Positions 24,335 to 35,108 of a stretch of DNA of 64,000 nt are shown here, piece by piece. The translations under genes and the position numbers were made by a program. How positions within the stretch are numbered: position 1 is the first letter of the stretch; the number at the start of each line of letters is the position of its first letter. The stretch spans positions 23,312,001 through 23,376,000 of the forward strand of contig JBHGNT010000005.1 in the NCBI GenBank assembly GCA_043228905.1, in the 5' to 3' direction. The notes beneath the pieces were generated by a model. It was not told the DNA's origin and did not search any database. It worked only from the letters and a program-made list of their open reading frames with translations. This DNA comes from Azolla caroliniana. Its lineage: Eukaryota; Plantae; Polypodiophyta.

Positions 24335-27300
24335 TTCCGGTCCCGGATGATGTGCATCCCTAGTATTTGCCTCGCCGGACCCAGGTCCTTCATTGAGAAG
24401 GTTCGGTGAAGAGCCTTCTTCAGCATCCGTATCTTGACCTGGTCTCGTCCGACGATCAACATGTCGTCCACGTACAGGAGGAGTATTAGAAAGTCTCCTC
24501 CTTCGAACTTCTTCACAAACACGCAGTGATCGGACTGCGTTTTGTGGTAGCCTTCGTCGGTCATGAAAGAGTCGAACTTCCGGTACCACTGCCGGGGAGC
24601 CTGCTTCAGTCCGTAAAGGCTCTTCTTCAACCGGCATACCAGGTGCTCCTTTCCTTTCTTCTCGAATCCTTCCGGTTGCTGCATGTAGATCTCTTCTTCG
24701 AGGTCACCGTGAAGGAATGCCGTCTTCACGTCCATCTGTTCTACCTCGAGGTCCATGCTTGCCGCTATGCTCAGCACCGTCCGGATGGAGGTCATCTTCA
24801 CTACCGGGGCAAATATCTCGTCGAAGTCGACGCCCTTCTTCTGCTGAAACCCCTTCACCACGATCCTGGCTTTGTATCTCGGGGGGTTTCCGGCATCTCC
24901 CGGTTTCAGCTTGAACACCCACTTGTTTCGAAGTGCCCGCTTTCCTTTCGGCAACTCCACAAGTTTATATGTGTGGTTCTCATGCAGGGAATCCATCTCC
25001 TCCTGCATGGCACTTAACCACCTGCGGCTATGAGTGTCAAGCTTTGCTTCTTCAAAACTCTCCGGCTCCCCCTCGTCGGTTAGCAGCACGTGCTCTGGTT
25101 CCGGAAATCTCCGGGGGGCCCTTCTCTCTCTTAGAGGATATCTCCGTTCCGGAACTTCGGTAACCGGCTCCTCCGTTTCCTCTTCATCCGAATCCATTTC
25201 GGGATCGGGGCCGGTTCCGGTATCAATTTCATCTTCCTCGGCTGGTTCTGTTTCTTCACCGTCTTCGGCCGGATCCTCGAGTGCTAACCGGTCCCTTGCC
25301 GGTCGGGACTGCTCTTCGTAGAGTTTATCCTCACCGGTCGACTTGGAGCTCTTCATCTTCTTCTCCGACTCCCAGTCGGCGAGTGTCTTGTCCTCCATGA
25401 AGATGATATCTCGACTCCTGAATATCTTCTTGTCGACCGGGTCCCATACTCGGTAGCCGAACTCGTCGTCGCCGTAACCGAGGAATATGCATGGCCGGGT
25501 CTTTGGTTCTAGCTTTCCTCTCCGGTCCTTTGCCACATGCACATATGCGAGACACCCGAACACCTTCAGATGCCGGTAGGATACTTCCCTACCGGTCCAC
25601 ACTCTCTGCGGCGTGTCTCCGTCCAAAGGTACTGAGGGTGATCTGTTTATCACGTATGTCGCCGTCGACATTGCCTCAGCCCAAAACCCCTTGGGTAATT
25701 TCGCATGCGCCAGCATACTCCGGACCCTCTCCATTATGGTCCGGTTCATCCTCTCGGCCAGCTTGTTCAGTTCCGGCGTCTTCGGCACAGTAAACTCGAG
25801 CCGGATTCTCTTCGAGCGACAGTACTCCGCGAACTGCCCCCGGTATTCCCCTCTGTTATCCGCTCGTATCGCTTTCAGCTTCTTGCCGGATTCCCTTTCC
25901 ACTCTCGCGTGGAGTTCTTTGAAGACGCACAACACTTGGTCCTTTGTCTTCAACGGTGCCGTCCACAGCTTCCGGCTGTGATCATCAATGAATGTTACGA
26001 AGTACTGGGCTCCGCCATGTGACTTCGTTTCTACCTGACACACATCAGTGTGCACCAACTCCAATGGTGCGCTACGTCTCGTCGGTGGCCTTGAGTGGAA
26101 GGAGGTTCGGTTCTGCTTACCGGCCAGGCAATCAGTGCACTTCTCCAGGTGCACACGCTTCACAGGAATAAGGTTGTCTTCTGCAAGCCTCTTCATCCCC
26201 TTCTCACTCATGTGGCACAGTCTCTTGTGCCACAGCTCACCGGCAGTGTCGGCTGCCACGTTCAACTCTTCCGGACACAACCAGGCATTCATAAGGTACA
26301 GTGTGTTGACTTTCCGGGCCCGAGCCACTATCAGGCTCCCCTTGCTGAACTTCATTACGCCGTTCCGGATGCTACCTGTGTAGCCTTCATCGTCTAGCCT
26401 CCCGGCCGAAATCAGGTTCAATCGAACCTCCGGAACGTGTCGGACATCCTTCAGCAGCATTTTGCATCCGATCGAGGTTGTCAACCACACGTCTCCTATG
26501 CTGGCAATCCGGCACGTACCTTCGTTTCCCATCCGAACACAGCCATGCTCACCGACTGTGTAGGATGAGAAGTATCTTCTCTCCGGGGTCAGGTGGAACG
26601 ATGCTCCGGAATCGACCACCCAGGTCGTCTCATCGCCGGCAATGTTTAGTTCACCTTCTTCGGTGATGAGCATGATTTCTTCCTCACTTGCCGCGAGTGC
26701 CGTCATTCCTTTCCGGTCCTGCCCTCGCCGATCCGGACCTCTCCGGCCCGTGGCTCCTCGGTATGCACGGTTTCTCTCCGGTGACTTCTTCGAATCGGTG
26801 TCGTCGGCTCCGTTGTCCTTTCGGTAATGCCGACAATTCTTCCGGAAGTGCCCCGGCTTCCCACAGTGGAAGCATGTGGGTCTTCCTCTTGACTGCGACC
26901 GGGTCCCCGACTTCTCCCGTCTTTGCGGACTCCGGTTCCATTGTCTTCCCCGTTCCGATTCGGTAAGCAGCGCCTTCGAGTCGGAGGCCGGTTCTTTATC
27001 TCTCCGACGCGCTTCTTCGTTCAAAATACTTGTCTTTACCGTTTGTAGGGACAAGTTATCTTCCGTGCAGGAGGTGCTGAGAGTCACCACCAAGTTCTCC
27101 CAGCTTTCCGGCAATGTACACATCAGAATGATGGCTTGCATTGCATCCTCCAGCGGGAACTTGATCGCCGCAAGCTGGTTCACGAATCCCATGAACGTGC
27201 TTACGTGTTCCACCATACTCTCGTCGTCCCGGTACTTGAGGTTCACTATCTTCCTCATCAGGGAGGTCCGGTTCAACGCATTCTTCCTCTCGTAGAGGCC

Positions 27301-27570
27301 CGACAGCTTCCGCCACATCTCATATGCGTTGATGTCGTTCGCCACATGTTGTAGAACGCTCACGTCGACGTATTGCCGAATGGTTGCAACGGCTTTCCGG
27401 TTCAGAAGCCTCCATTCTGACTCAAGTACCCCCTTCGGTATTTCCGACCTATCAATCGGTTCGTACAGGTCCCGAACAATCAGAAGATCCTCCATCTTGA
27501 TCTTCCAGTCGGCGTAATTCTGCGCATTCAGCACCATCATCCCCGGCTGCCCGCTGCCGCCGCCTTCCAT
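24335..27570 (-). CDS. copia Gag-PR-IN-RT polyprotein, open from ATG 27570 to an internal RT deletion at about 24335
   Basis: Part of the 1152-aa ORF: zinc knuckle CFHCGKPGHFRKNC, WVVDSGAS, HHCC and DDE integrase, LYVDDML. Frameshifted after GMHIIRDR. Confidence 0.9.
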
Positions 27571-28599
27571 TTTCTGCAGCAGCCTCGCTCTGATACCAAA
27601 TTGATGGAAATAATCGACACTTTCCAAACTTCACCTCTCGGCCACAACCAAGGAAACACACGAATCGTTGTTGCAGAAAATGGGAAATGCAAAAGTAAGT
27701 AAGTGGACACGTGATTTAACGTGGAAAACCCTGTACGGGAAAAACCACGGGAGTACAAGACTCCGAACCAAAACTATGCACAGAGAAATATACAATGGCG
27801 AGCTGCAAGGCGACGACCTTGAGCTCGCTGTCCTCGCCACAGGCGGCGGGATTACACAGAGGCGTCGACCTCTTCCTCTCTCACGCTCTATCTCTCTCAC
27901 GGCTGCTCTCTCTTCACTCCTCTTGAGTGGAAAAACAGAAAAATGAGTAGCAACTGAAAACTGTTTGCCCTAAGTCATATTTATACACATATGACTTAGG
28001 GCTATTTACAACTATAGCCTCAAGGGCCCTTGGCAAACATATTCACAGATATGTCCCCGCATCCGGGTCTCTCTCCGGGTACATTCGTCATCTGGCTCCG
28101 AAGCCGGGGTCTTCATCATCCGGCTCCGCAGCCGGGACCGTAACCGTAACCGTAATTGCCGTCATTCATCTCCGGACATCCCATCCGGAGGGACCGAAAA
28201 TCCCAACACTATCTTCCGGTAGCGTAACCACAACTGGCTTGATCTTCTTATCCACCATTTTATATTTCGTGTTGATGTCAGCTTCCTTCATCGAGATGCC
28301 ACGACGGTATTCATCGATGATAGCGTACATGTTGACGGAGTTAACCGAAATCACGCGTTGGTTGTGAAGATAGCTCAAGTCCACGACGTCCTCGATTTCA
28401 CCGATGGTGTCGTTAAATGAGGCTTCTTCCATAATATGAGTCACGAACTCTCCTTCTTCTATTATGTTTTCTTCTTTTAGCATCTTCTCGAATTCTTGTA
28501 TCCGGTGCTTGTGCTTCTTGTCGGGTAGTACTAGTTTACATGCGCCACTAGGTGTGACACATGTTGCTTCTACTCGCAATCCACGCACTCTTCTTTCTT

Positions 28600-28663
28600 G
28601 TGGGGTCTTGTGATTGCTCGGACTATTTGTGCCCCATGCTTCAATAGTCCGCTCTAAAAATCC
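28600..28663 (-). promoter_or_regulatory. Putative -1 ribosomal frameshift signal (G_GAU_UUU plus pseudoknot)
   Basis: GGATTTT-TAGAG-CGGACTATT..TGGGG..AATAGTCCG..CCCCA. Confidence 0.7.
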
Positions 28664-29283
28664 AAGGATTCGCCTCCGAGACTATCTCGATTCCTTTCAT
28701 GATTGGCTCACACCATTAGGAATTGGACCGATCTTTGGTTGTCAAGACTCTTTATTCGTGCGAAGGCTGCTCCATTATCGAACACTTTGGTCTCCATCCG
28801 AGATGATGTGATATAAGGTTGCCCTAGGATGACAGGATGCGACGCCGATTCTTTTACGAAGAAGTGTTGTTCCATCTCCACATCCCCGATCGTGACTTCG
28901 ATATTGGGACAAGCTCCGTACAAGTCCTCCGTAGACTTTGTTGCCGCGCGAATCTTCCATCCGTGGTTTGTATTGATTGGCCATCTTCCTTTTTTGTAGA
29001 AGTCGGTTGACATGAGGTTGATCTCCGAGCCGTGGTCGATCAAGGCTACCACAGTCTCTTTCTTCTCCCCAATCTTCCCTTTCACAAACTTTATACCCTC
29101 ATATCTTGACATTTAGTTGTCTATTTCTCGTGTAATAAAGTGCATTCGAAACCTCCATCATTTTGTACTTAGATATTAAATTTATTTAAAATGTTATCTT
29201 CACAATTATTGTATTATGTGATTCATACTCGATTTTGTACATTTTATGAGATTTTCACACTATTGCCGAAAATCTTCACGACA

Positions 29284-30160
29284 GCGTACCTATTCCTGAT
29301 GGTGACCTTATTCAAGCCACGGTAATCTATGACGAGACGAAGTGATCCATCCTTTTTCTTGACGAAGAAAATGGGTGCGCCGACTGGAGATTTCGAATGT
29401 TGAATGAAACCATTTGCCAAATTCTCCTCTATATAGGCTCGAATGACTTCTAGTTCGATTGGTGACAAATTGTAGATCGGTCCCAATGCTAGCTCTTTTC
29501 CCGGTTGTAAATCGATGGGGCAATCATACGGTCGATGGTGAGGAAGCGTATTGAATTGTACTTTATCGAACACATCGGCATAATGACAATACTTCTCTAG
29601 AAGTTGAACGGTGGACTCCTCTTTAGTGGTGTTGGAGGGTTTTACTGATACTGCAAGAGAAACATTTCTTCCTTGCGTCCTTGCTCATGCTACTGATGTA
29701 GCGAAATGGTTGCAATCTTATGAGTAGATCCTCGGGTTTGTCAATACCAGATTTCTCTTGTTCTCCAATCTATGTCTAGGTTATGTAATTCGAACCATGG
29801 TAATCCCAAAACAATGGGATGTTCTGGGATACTAATTATATTAAAGGATACTACACACGCTAAATTATCTAGGACAATATTAACAGGCTCTGAGACTTCT
29901 ATGATATTTCCGGAAGCAATGGGACGACCATCAATGACTACTACAGAGGCTGGACATGGGAGTTTTCTTAGGGATATCTGATGAGCTTGGGCAAAATTCC
30001 TATCCATGAAGCAAGAATTAGCTCCAGAATCTAGGAGTGTTGAGATATGTACTGGAGAGATACTTTTAGTACTAATTGTTACTTGGGCTAAAAACACATT
30101 GCTAACTTTCTTAGAGGGAATGGAACCACTAATAGGTTGCACAGATCTAGGGTTGTCCAA
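29284..30160 (-). pseudogene. Host Tcn1-like protease and RT N-terminus
   Basis: LLDSGANSCF...LGLPWF; [13 protein letters not shown]...[25 protein letters not shown]. Confidence 0.92.
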
Positions 30161-30199
30161 CCAAACGGCTCCTATTTTGGTTGGACTTAGTCGTTTAAC
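30155..30199 (-). promoter_or_regulatory. Putative gag/pol -1 frameshift signal (G_UUA_AAC plus 11-bp hairpin)
   Basis: The heptamer is in the gag frame one codon before TAA, with a 6-nt spacer and a GTCCAACCAAA/TTTGGTTGGAC stem. The -1 frame runs into protease. Confidence 0.7.
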
Positions 30200-31310
30200 T
30201 CTTCTTCCGATAGATTTGGGCTATTAGTACTATTAGGACTATCAGATATTCCTACTGAAATAGACTCGGGTTTAGTACAATTAGAACTAGCAGCTATTTG
30301 GTTCACCTGTCTTCTTGGCCTACGGGGATAGTTCACTGCAATATGCCCTGGTCCACTGCAATAAAGACATAGTCGATTTGCTCGGTGTCGCTGCTTTTCT
30401 TCTTCCGATAATGGTCCGTGACGACGTGTAGTATCAATTTCCATCGGAGTTGGAGTATTCACTGGAGACGCATTATATGAATCCCTTGGAAAAGATTTTG
30501 CTACCACTGAGGCGTAGGTGGGCTCTGATCTTGCCCTTGGCATCTGGAACTGATGTTTCGAACGTTGTTCGAAAAGAAGGTTGTCGCATCTCACCGCGTG
30601 ACTGATTGCTTCTGTCAATGACTTTGGTTCTTCGGGGAAGGTCAAGAGTAGATCCTTGACATCGTTATGTAGACCATAACGAAATTGCTCCATAAGTGCT
30701 TGGTCATTCCAAGGGATATCGGAGGTGAGTAGGTAGAAATCTGCAGCGTATGCGGAGGCTGGACGATCACCTTTATGTAATCGTCGGGTTTTGTTGATTG
30801 TTGTCCTTATGCTGTCAGTATCTACAAAACAGGCTTTAAACTCACTTAAAAACTCTTCAAAATTGTTTAGTAAAGGAGATTCCTTTTCTAACAACGGAGC
30901 GAACCATGCCAAAGCTGAGCCACTTAACAACGTGCCTACTAAACCCACTCGTGATGCATTCGTGAGATATCGAGAAGGATGCATTTGAATGACTAATTGT
31001 ACTTGATTAAGGAATCCTCTAAACTATGATCGCGTTCCATCGAATTTCATGGGAAGGCCGATCTTGAGTTCTTTATGAACCCCTTGCGTACTAGGTCCTT
31101 GTTGTTGCATCGCGACTATGGTTGCTTCGAGTTGTTGCACGCGTAACGCTAGTTCCCCATGTTGTTATTGCGTTTGTAGCTTCTCTAAGGAGATTTGTTG
31201 AAGCTCCCCCAACAGTCGTTGATTTTCTTGTTCCAATGCGAGAAACTTCTCTTTCAAGCATTGCAACTCCGAAAAAATGGATTGATATTCTTGAGCGCTA
31301 ATAGTGGCTA
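30187..31310 (-). pseudogene. Tcn1-like gag (PEG10/Sushi-like capsid plus zinc knuckle)
   Basis: LLSGSALAWF...FRYGL...PMEID...CLYCSGPGHIAVNYP; the 5' part is degenerate. Confidence 0.88.
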
Positions 31311-31408
31311 TAGTATGAGAGAAAAGCGGAATAAGAGATTAGTATGAAGGGAGGGAGAAGTAAGAAGATAAAGGAAGAGAAGGAAGGAGACCAAAAATTG
31401 GTTCAAAT

Positions 31409-31546
31409 TGTCACGAACAGTACTAAGACAAAGAAGTACTGTTAGGAACAGTACTAAGATAGAGAAGTAATTAGTACTAAAAGATGAGGATTATTACTAA
31501 GGGAGGTGTAGAACTCTCGAGAGAAGGAAAGAGTGAGTGAGTGAGT

Positions 31547-31614
<68 letters not shown>

Positions 31615-31884
31615 TGATAACAAAAGATATATATTATGTTAAGAGAATATACAATAGTAGTTAGGAGGCTTAAGATTGGTGTTGAACCGATTTGGTTCGA
31701 AATAATGCCTTGTGCCTCCTTTTATAGTGTTCTCAGGAGTACTCTTGAAGTTTCTAGAATGTTCAAGAGAAATCTGGAATATACACCAATTTTCTATAGT
31801 AAAACTTAAATGAAAATAATATCATTTGTATTATAACACATAGTTATATAGTCTAATGGTCAAGAGCTCGACCCATGTAACATA
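31409..31884 (-). repeat. 5' LTR of the Tcn1-like element (outer ~35 bp missing) with (CT)n tract
   Basis: Ends ...CGTGACA on the minus strand; TATAAAA at 31726-31720; matches the 10631-10798 remnant. Confidence 0.85.
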
Positions 31885-33821
31885 TATCACAGTTGTGAAC
31901 ATACTCCTCAACAAAATGACGAAGGCGGGGCCACCAATAGTGTCGAGAAATTAATTCTAGAGTTTTGCGAACTCCAAAATGACCAACCATTGGTGAGTCA
32001 TGGCAATGTTGTAAAACTTGTAGTCATGGGGGACCATCATGAACATACAATAGGTTTTGCCGAAACAGAAAATCACCATGCCAATAGAACTGACGATTGT
32101 CGTTACAAGAGTTTTTCGGCTGTGAGCAAGAAGCACGATCCGGGACGATATGATCCAAAACATCCTTGGCGAATTCATCAGTGGCCATATGATCTCGAAT
32201 GGAATCAAGAAGAGTGGAATCTTCAAGCATTGTTATGGCATTAACTACCATTAATCGTAGGTGATTAGGACCCAAAAGGATTTGTTTTTGACGCTCGAAT
32301 GTAGGTTCCCCTGGACGAAGATCCATATAAGAGCGCTGACAAAGAGCATCTGCTTTGGCTTGCTACATCCCAAGGCGATATATGATGACAAAGTCGAAGT
32401 GAGTCAAAAATTGCGCCCACCAGACTTGTCGCCGACTCAAGACTCGAGCATGTTGAAAATATGTCAGGTTCTTATGATCGTTGTAAACAATGATCTGCTG
32501 AGAAGAACCTTCTAGAAAATGTCGCCATTGTTGAAAAGAATCCACAATTGCAAGAGTTCTTTGTCATGGATCTCGTGGTTAATCTCTGCAGCTTCAAACT
32601 TTCGGGAATGAAAGGCGACAGGGTGTAGTTGTCCATCATCTCCAGTTTGCTATAGGACACTCCCTAGTGCAAAATCGGATACATCGGCTTCAAGGATGAA
32701 GCGTTTTGTTGGGTTGACATGTACTAAGATAAGTGTCGTTATAAACACTCATTTTAATCTTTCGAATGCCTCGATTGCATCTGAACTCCATATAAATGGC
32801 TGATTCTTGTGTGTGAGTTGAGTGAGCGGAAGCACGACCTTGGAATAATCTTTAATAAATTTTCGATACAAATTTGCAAACTTGAGAAAACACTGCATAT
32901 TGCACACTGAAAGGGGTGTTTGCCACTCTAAAATTGCTTGTACCTTCATGGGGTCCATAACAATACCATCTGATGATACAACATACCCCAAAAATTCCAC
33001 TTGATCCTGGCCGAAACTACACTTTTCTAATTTTGCGTAGAGACCATATTCTCAGGGTCGACGCAGTACCTGACGAACATGTTCATCATGCTCCTCCTGG
33101 GTGTTTGAGTAGATTAGAATATCATCCAGGTAAACTATAGTGAAGATATCGAGAAAATCTCGAAAAATATCATTCGTCATATGTTGGAAAATTGCAGGTG
33201 CATTCGTGAGACCGAATGGCATCACAATATACTCAAAATGGCCATAGAGAGTGCGAAAAGTTGTCTTCCATTCATCCCCCGGGCGAATCCGAACTAGATT
33301 ATATGCACCACGAAGGTCTAACTTTGTGATATATTTTGCTCCATTGAGACATCCCAAAAGATTCAGGATTAACGATAGAGCATATCTATTCCGGATAGTC
33401 ACTTTGTTTAGCTCTCGATAATCCACGACAAACCGAAGAGTCCCATTCTTTTTCTTGACGAAGAAGATAGGTGCGCCCGCAGGGGATCTAGAATGTCAAA
33501 TGAATCCATTTGCCATATTCTCATCAATATATTCCCGCAAAGTCTCTAGCTCTATAGGGGAGAGATTATAAATCGGGCCCCATGTAGGTTCTTTCCCTGG
33601 TTGTAAGTCAATAGGGCAGTCATATGGCCGATGCTCTGGCAATGTATTGGCCTTCACCTTATCAAAGACATCTGAGAACTCTTTGTATTTCTCTGGTAGT
33701 TTAATGTCCGCTTCATGTAAAGTGGATGATAGAGTTGCTACTATTGCGAAGACGAACATGGCCTTGTTCCCCCTTCCTCATGCAACTGTCGTAGAGAGAT
33801 GGTCGATAACTCAGGGGATCT
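31885..33821 (-). pseudogene. Second Tcn1-like element: RT, RNase H and integrase N-terminus; host of nest 2
   Basis: [13 protein letters not shown]; [10 protein letters not shown]...[10 protein letters not shown]...[10 protein letters not shown]; DHKNLTYF; GEPTFERQKQILLGP. Confidence 0.92.
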
Positions 33822-33832
33822 AGAACACTGTG

Positions 33833-33880
<48 letters not shown>

Positions 33881-35090
33881 CAGAACAATTTGATTATAAC
33901 ACCAATAACGATTACAACCGGCACACCGGCAACGGACCCAACACGGGAGCCCACACACACACACATAGATGTCACACGCCAAGTACAGAAACGCGAAGGG
34001 AGAGCCTCTGATGGAAGCGCACGGGCTGTCCACGAAGCAAAGGCTACGATCTCCAAAACCCGCAAAGAATGACAACCAAAGGAGGAGAGAGAGAGCTTGG
34101 TACACGGTCCGGCAACAGTTCGTCCTCGCTAATGCACGATATCTTCTGTTCTTCCTTCTCTACTTCCTTATATAGGTTGTTGGGGAGAGTCTGTTCTCCT
34201 TCACTCATAGTCAGATTACTTTATTCTCTGTCCCTTCAGATAGAGATACACATTGATTTCCTAATAAATGTGCCGCGCCTAGTATATTTACATTAGCTGC
34301 CCTACACATAATTATGTACAAGTTATCAATTCACACGCCCACACATGGAAGGGCCGGTTCGTGCACGGTTTCTCTCGTTTCCTCCTAGGGATGGTTTTCT
34401 CCACGACATCCATCCCCCCCAAACGCGCTGTCATGAAGAAAACCGGGCATAGGCGGAATCAGACAAAAAGGCGCATGAACCGGCTCTTACATGAATGGAC
34501 GCGTGAATTGATATCTTGATATTGATTCCTAAATGGATCGGCGGATGTAAATACCAAGTAGTACACATTTATTAGGGGATTGTACGTATCTCTGTCAAGA
34601 ATGGACAGGGAATAAAGCGATTTGACTAGGGAAAAAGGGGCACCCCCTTTTGGGAACTATTTAAGGAGAGGTAAGTGGGAGAAGGAGATATCGCGCGTTG
34701 GCGAGGACGAAGTGCTGCTGCAGAACTGAGTGCCGAGCTCTCTCTTCTCCTCCTCCGGTCGTTGGTCTCTGTGTGTGTCGGGAGTTCGTTGCCTCTGCTT
34801 CGTTGACAGCCCGTGTGCTTCAAGCAGAGGTTCTCCCCTTTTTGTTTCCTGGAGTCGTGTGGTTGTCGTCTGTGTGCGTGAGTAGGACCCCGTGTCAGGT
34901 CCATTACCGGGTTGCCGGTTGTAACTGTTCGAGTTGTAAGCTATTGATTATAGTAATCGGATTCCTGTTTTCTTGCTCTTAATTTCTCTCTGTCTCTGTC
35001 TCTGTCTGTCTGTCTGTCTCTCTCTCCTTGGTCCAAGACCCTCGTGGTCCCGCCTCTTCCTACACGCGAACGCAAACTTTGCGACATCTT

Positions 35091-35108
35091 TGGTGAACCC
35101 GACGTGAA
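35091..35108 (+). promoter_or_regulatory. Primer-binding site, probably tRNA-Trp
   Basis: TGGTGAACCCGACGTGAA is complementary to ...TTCACGTCGGGTTCA(CCA), the plant cytosolic tRNA-Trp 3' end as recalled. One-mismatch copies at 51949-51932 and 60351-60334. Confidence 0.8.

Larger units (their letters stand above)
23065..28208 (-). mobile_element. Very young Ty1/copia (Tnt1/Tork-like) element with identical 607-bp LTRs
   Basis: LTRs 23068-23674 and 27602-28208 show no difference by eye; TSD CTATC (23060-23064 and 28209-28213); PBS TGGTATCAGAGC 27598-27587; PPT AAGGGGGAG. Confidence 0.97.
18975..29283 (-). mobile_element. Phygy-like non-chromoviral Ty3/gypsy element; gag and most of the 5' LTR deleted
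   Basis: 3' LTR 18975-19989 (TG...CA); PPT GGTGGGGGTGGA; 5' LTR remnant about 29083-29283; 4-bp TSD GCGT restoring the host frame RYALP. Protease LIDHGSEINL, RT PFLDDIP, RNase H VDTSP/KRELWG, integrase DDE and WLGPY. Confidence 0.93.
10631..31884 (-). mobile_element. Tcn1/Tf1-like chromoviral Ty3/gypsy element, host of nest 1
   Basis: 5' LTR 31409-31884, gag, protease, RT (split by two insertions), RNase H, integrase, chromodomain, PPT AAAGGGGGGATAG and 3' LTR remnant 10631-10798 matching about 31752-31884. Confidence 0.92.

Noticed and set aside
24169-27627. 1152-aa ORF as an intact autonomous polyprotein
   Set aside because: The listed start lies in the LTR (likely ATG is 27570), and the last ~55 aa are out of frame after the RT deletion.
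30187-30984. Domesticated PEG10/RTL-like gene
   Set aside because: It lies inside an LTR-bounded, decayed element, and a paralogous fragment occurs at 63399-63957.
33787-33821. TGTCGTAG as the terminus of the element A 3' LTR
   Set aside because: On the minus strand it encodes STISLRQLHEEG, homologous to the Tcn1-like PR-RT linker near 29690. The true LTR end is deleted and similarity to the partner LTR starts at about 33822.
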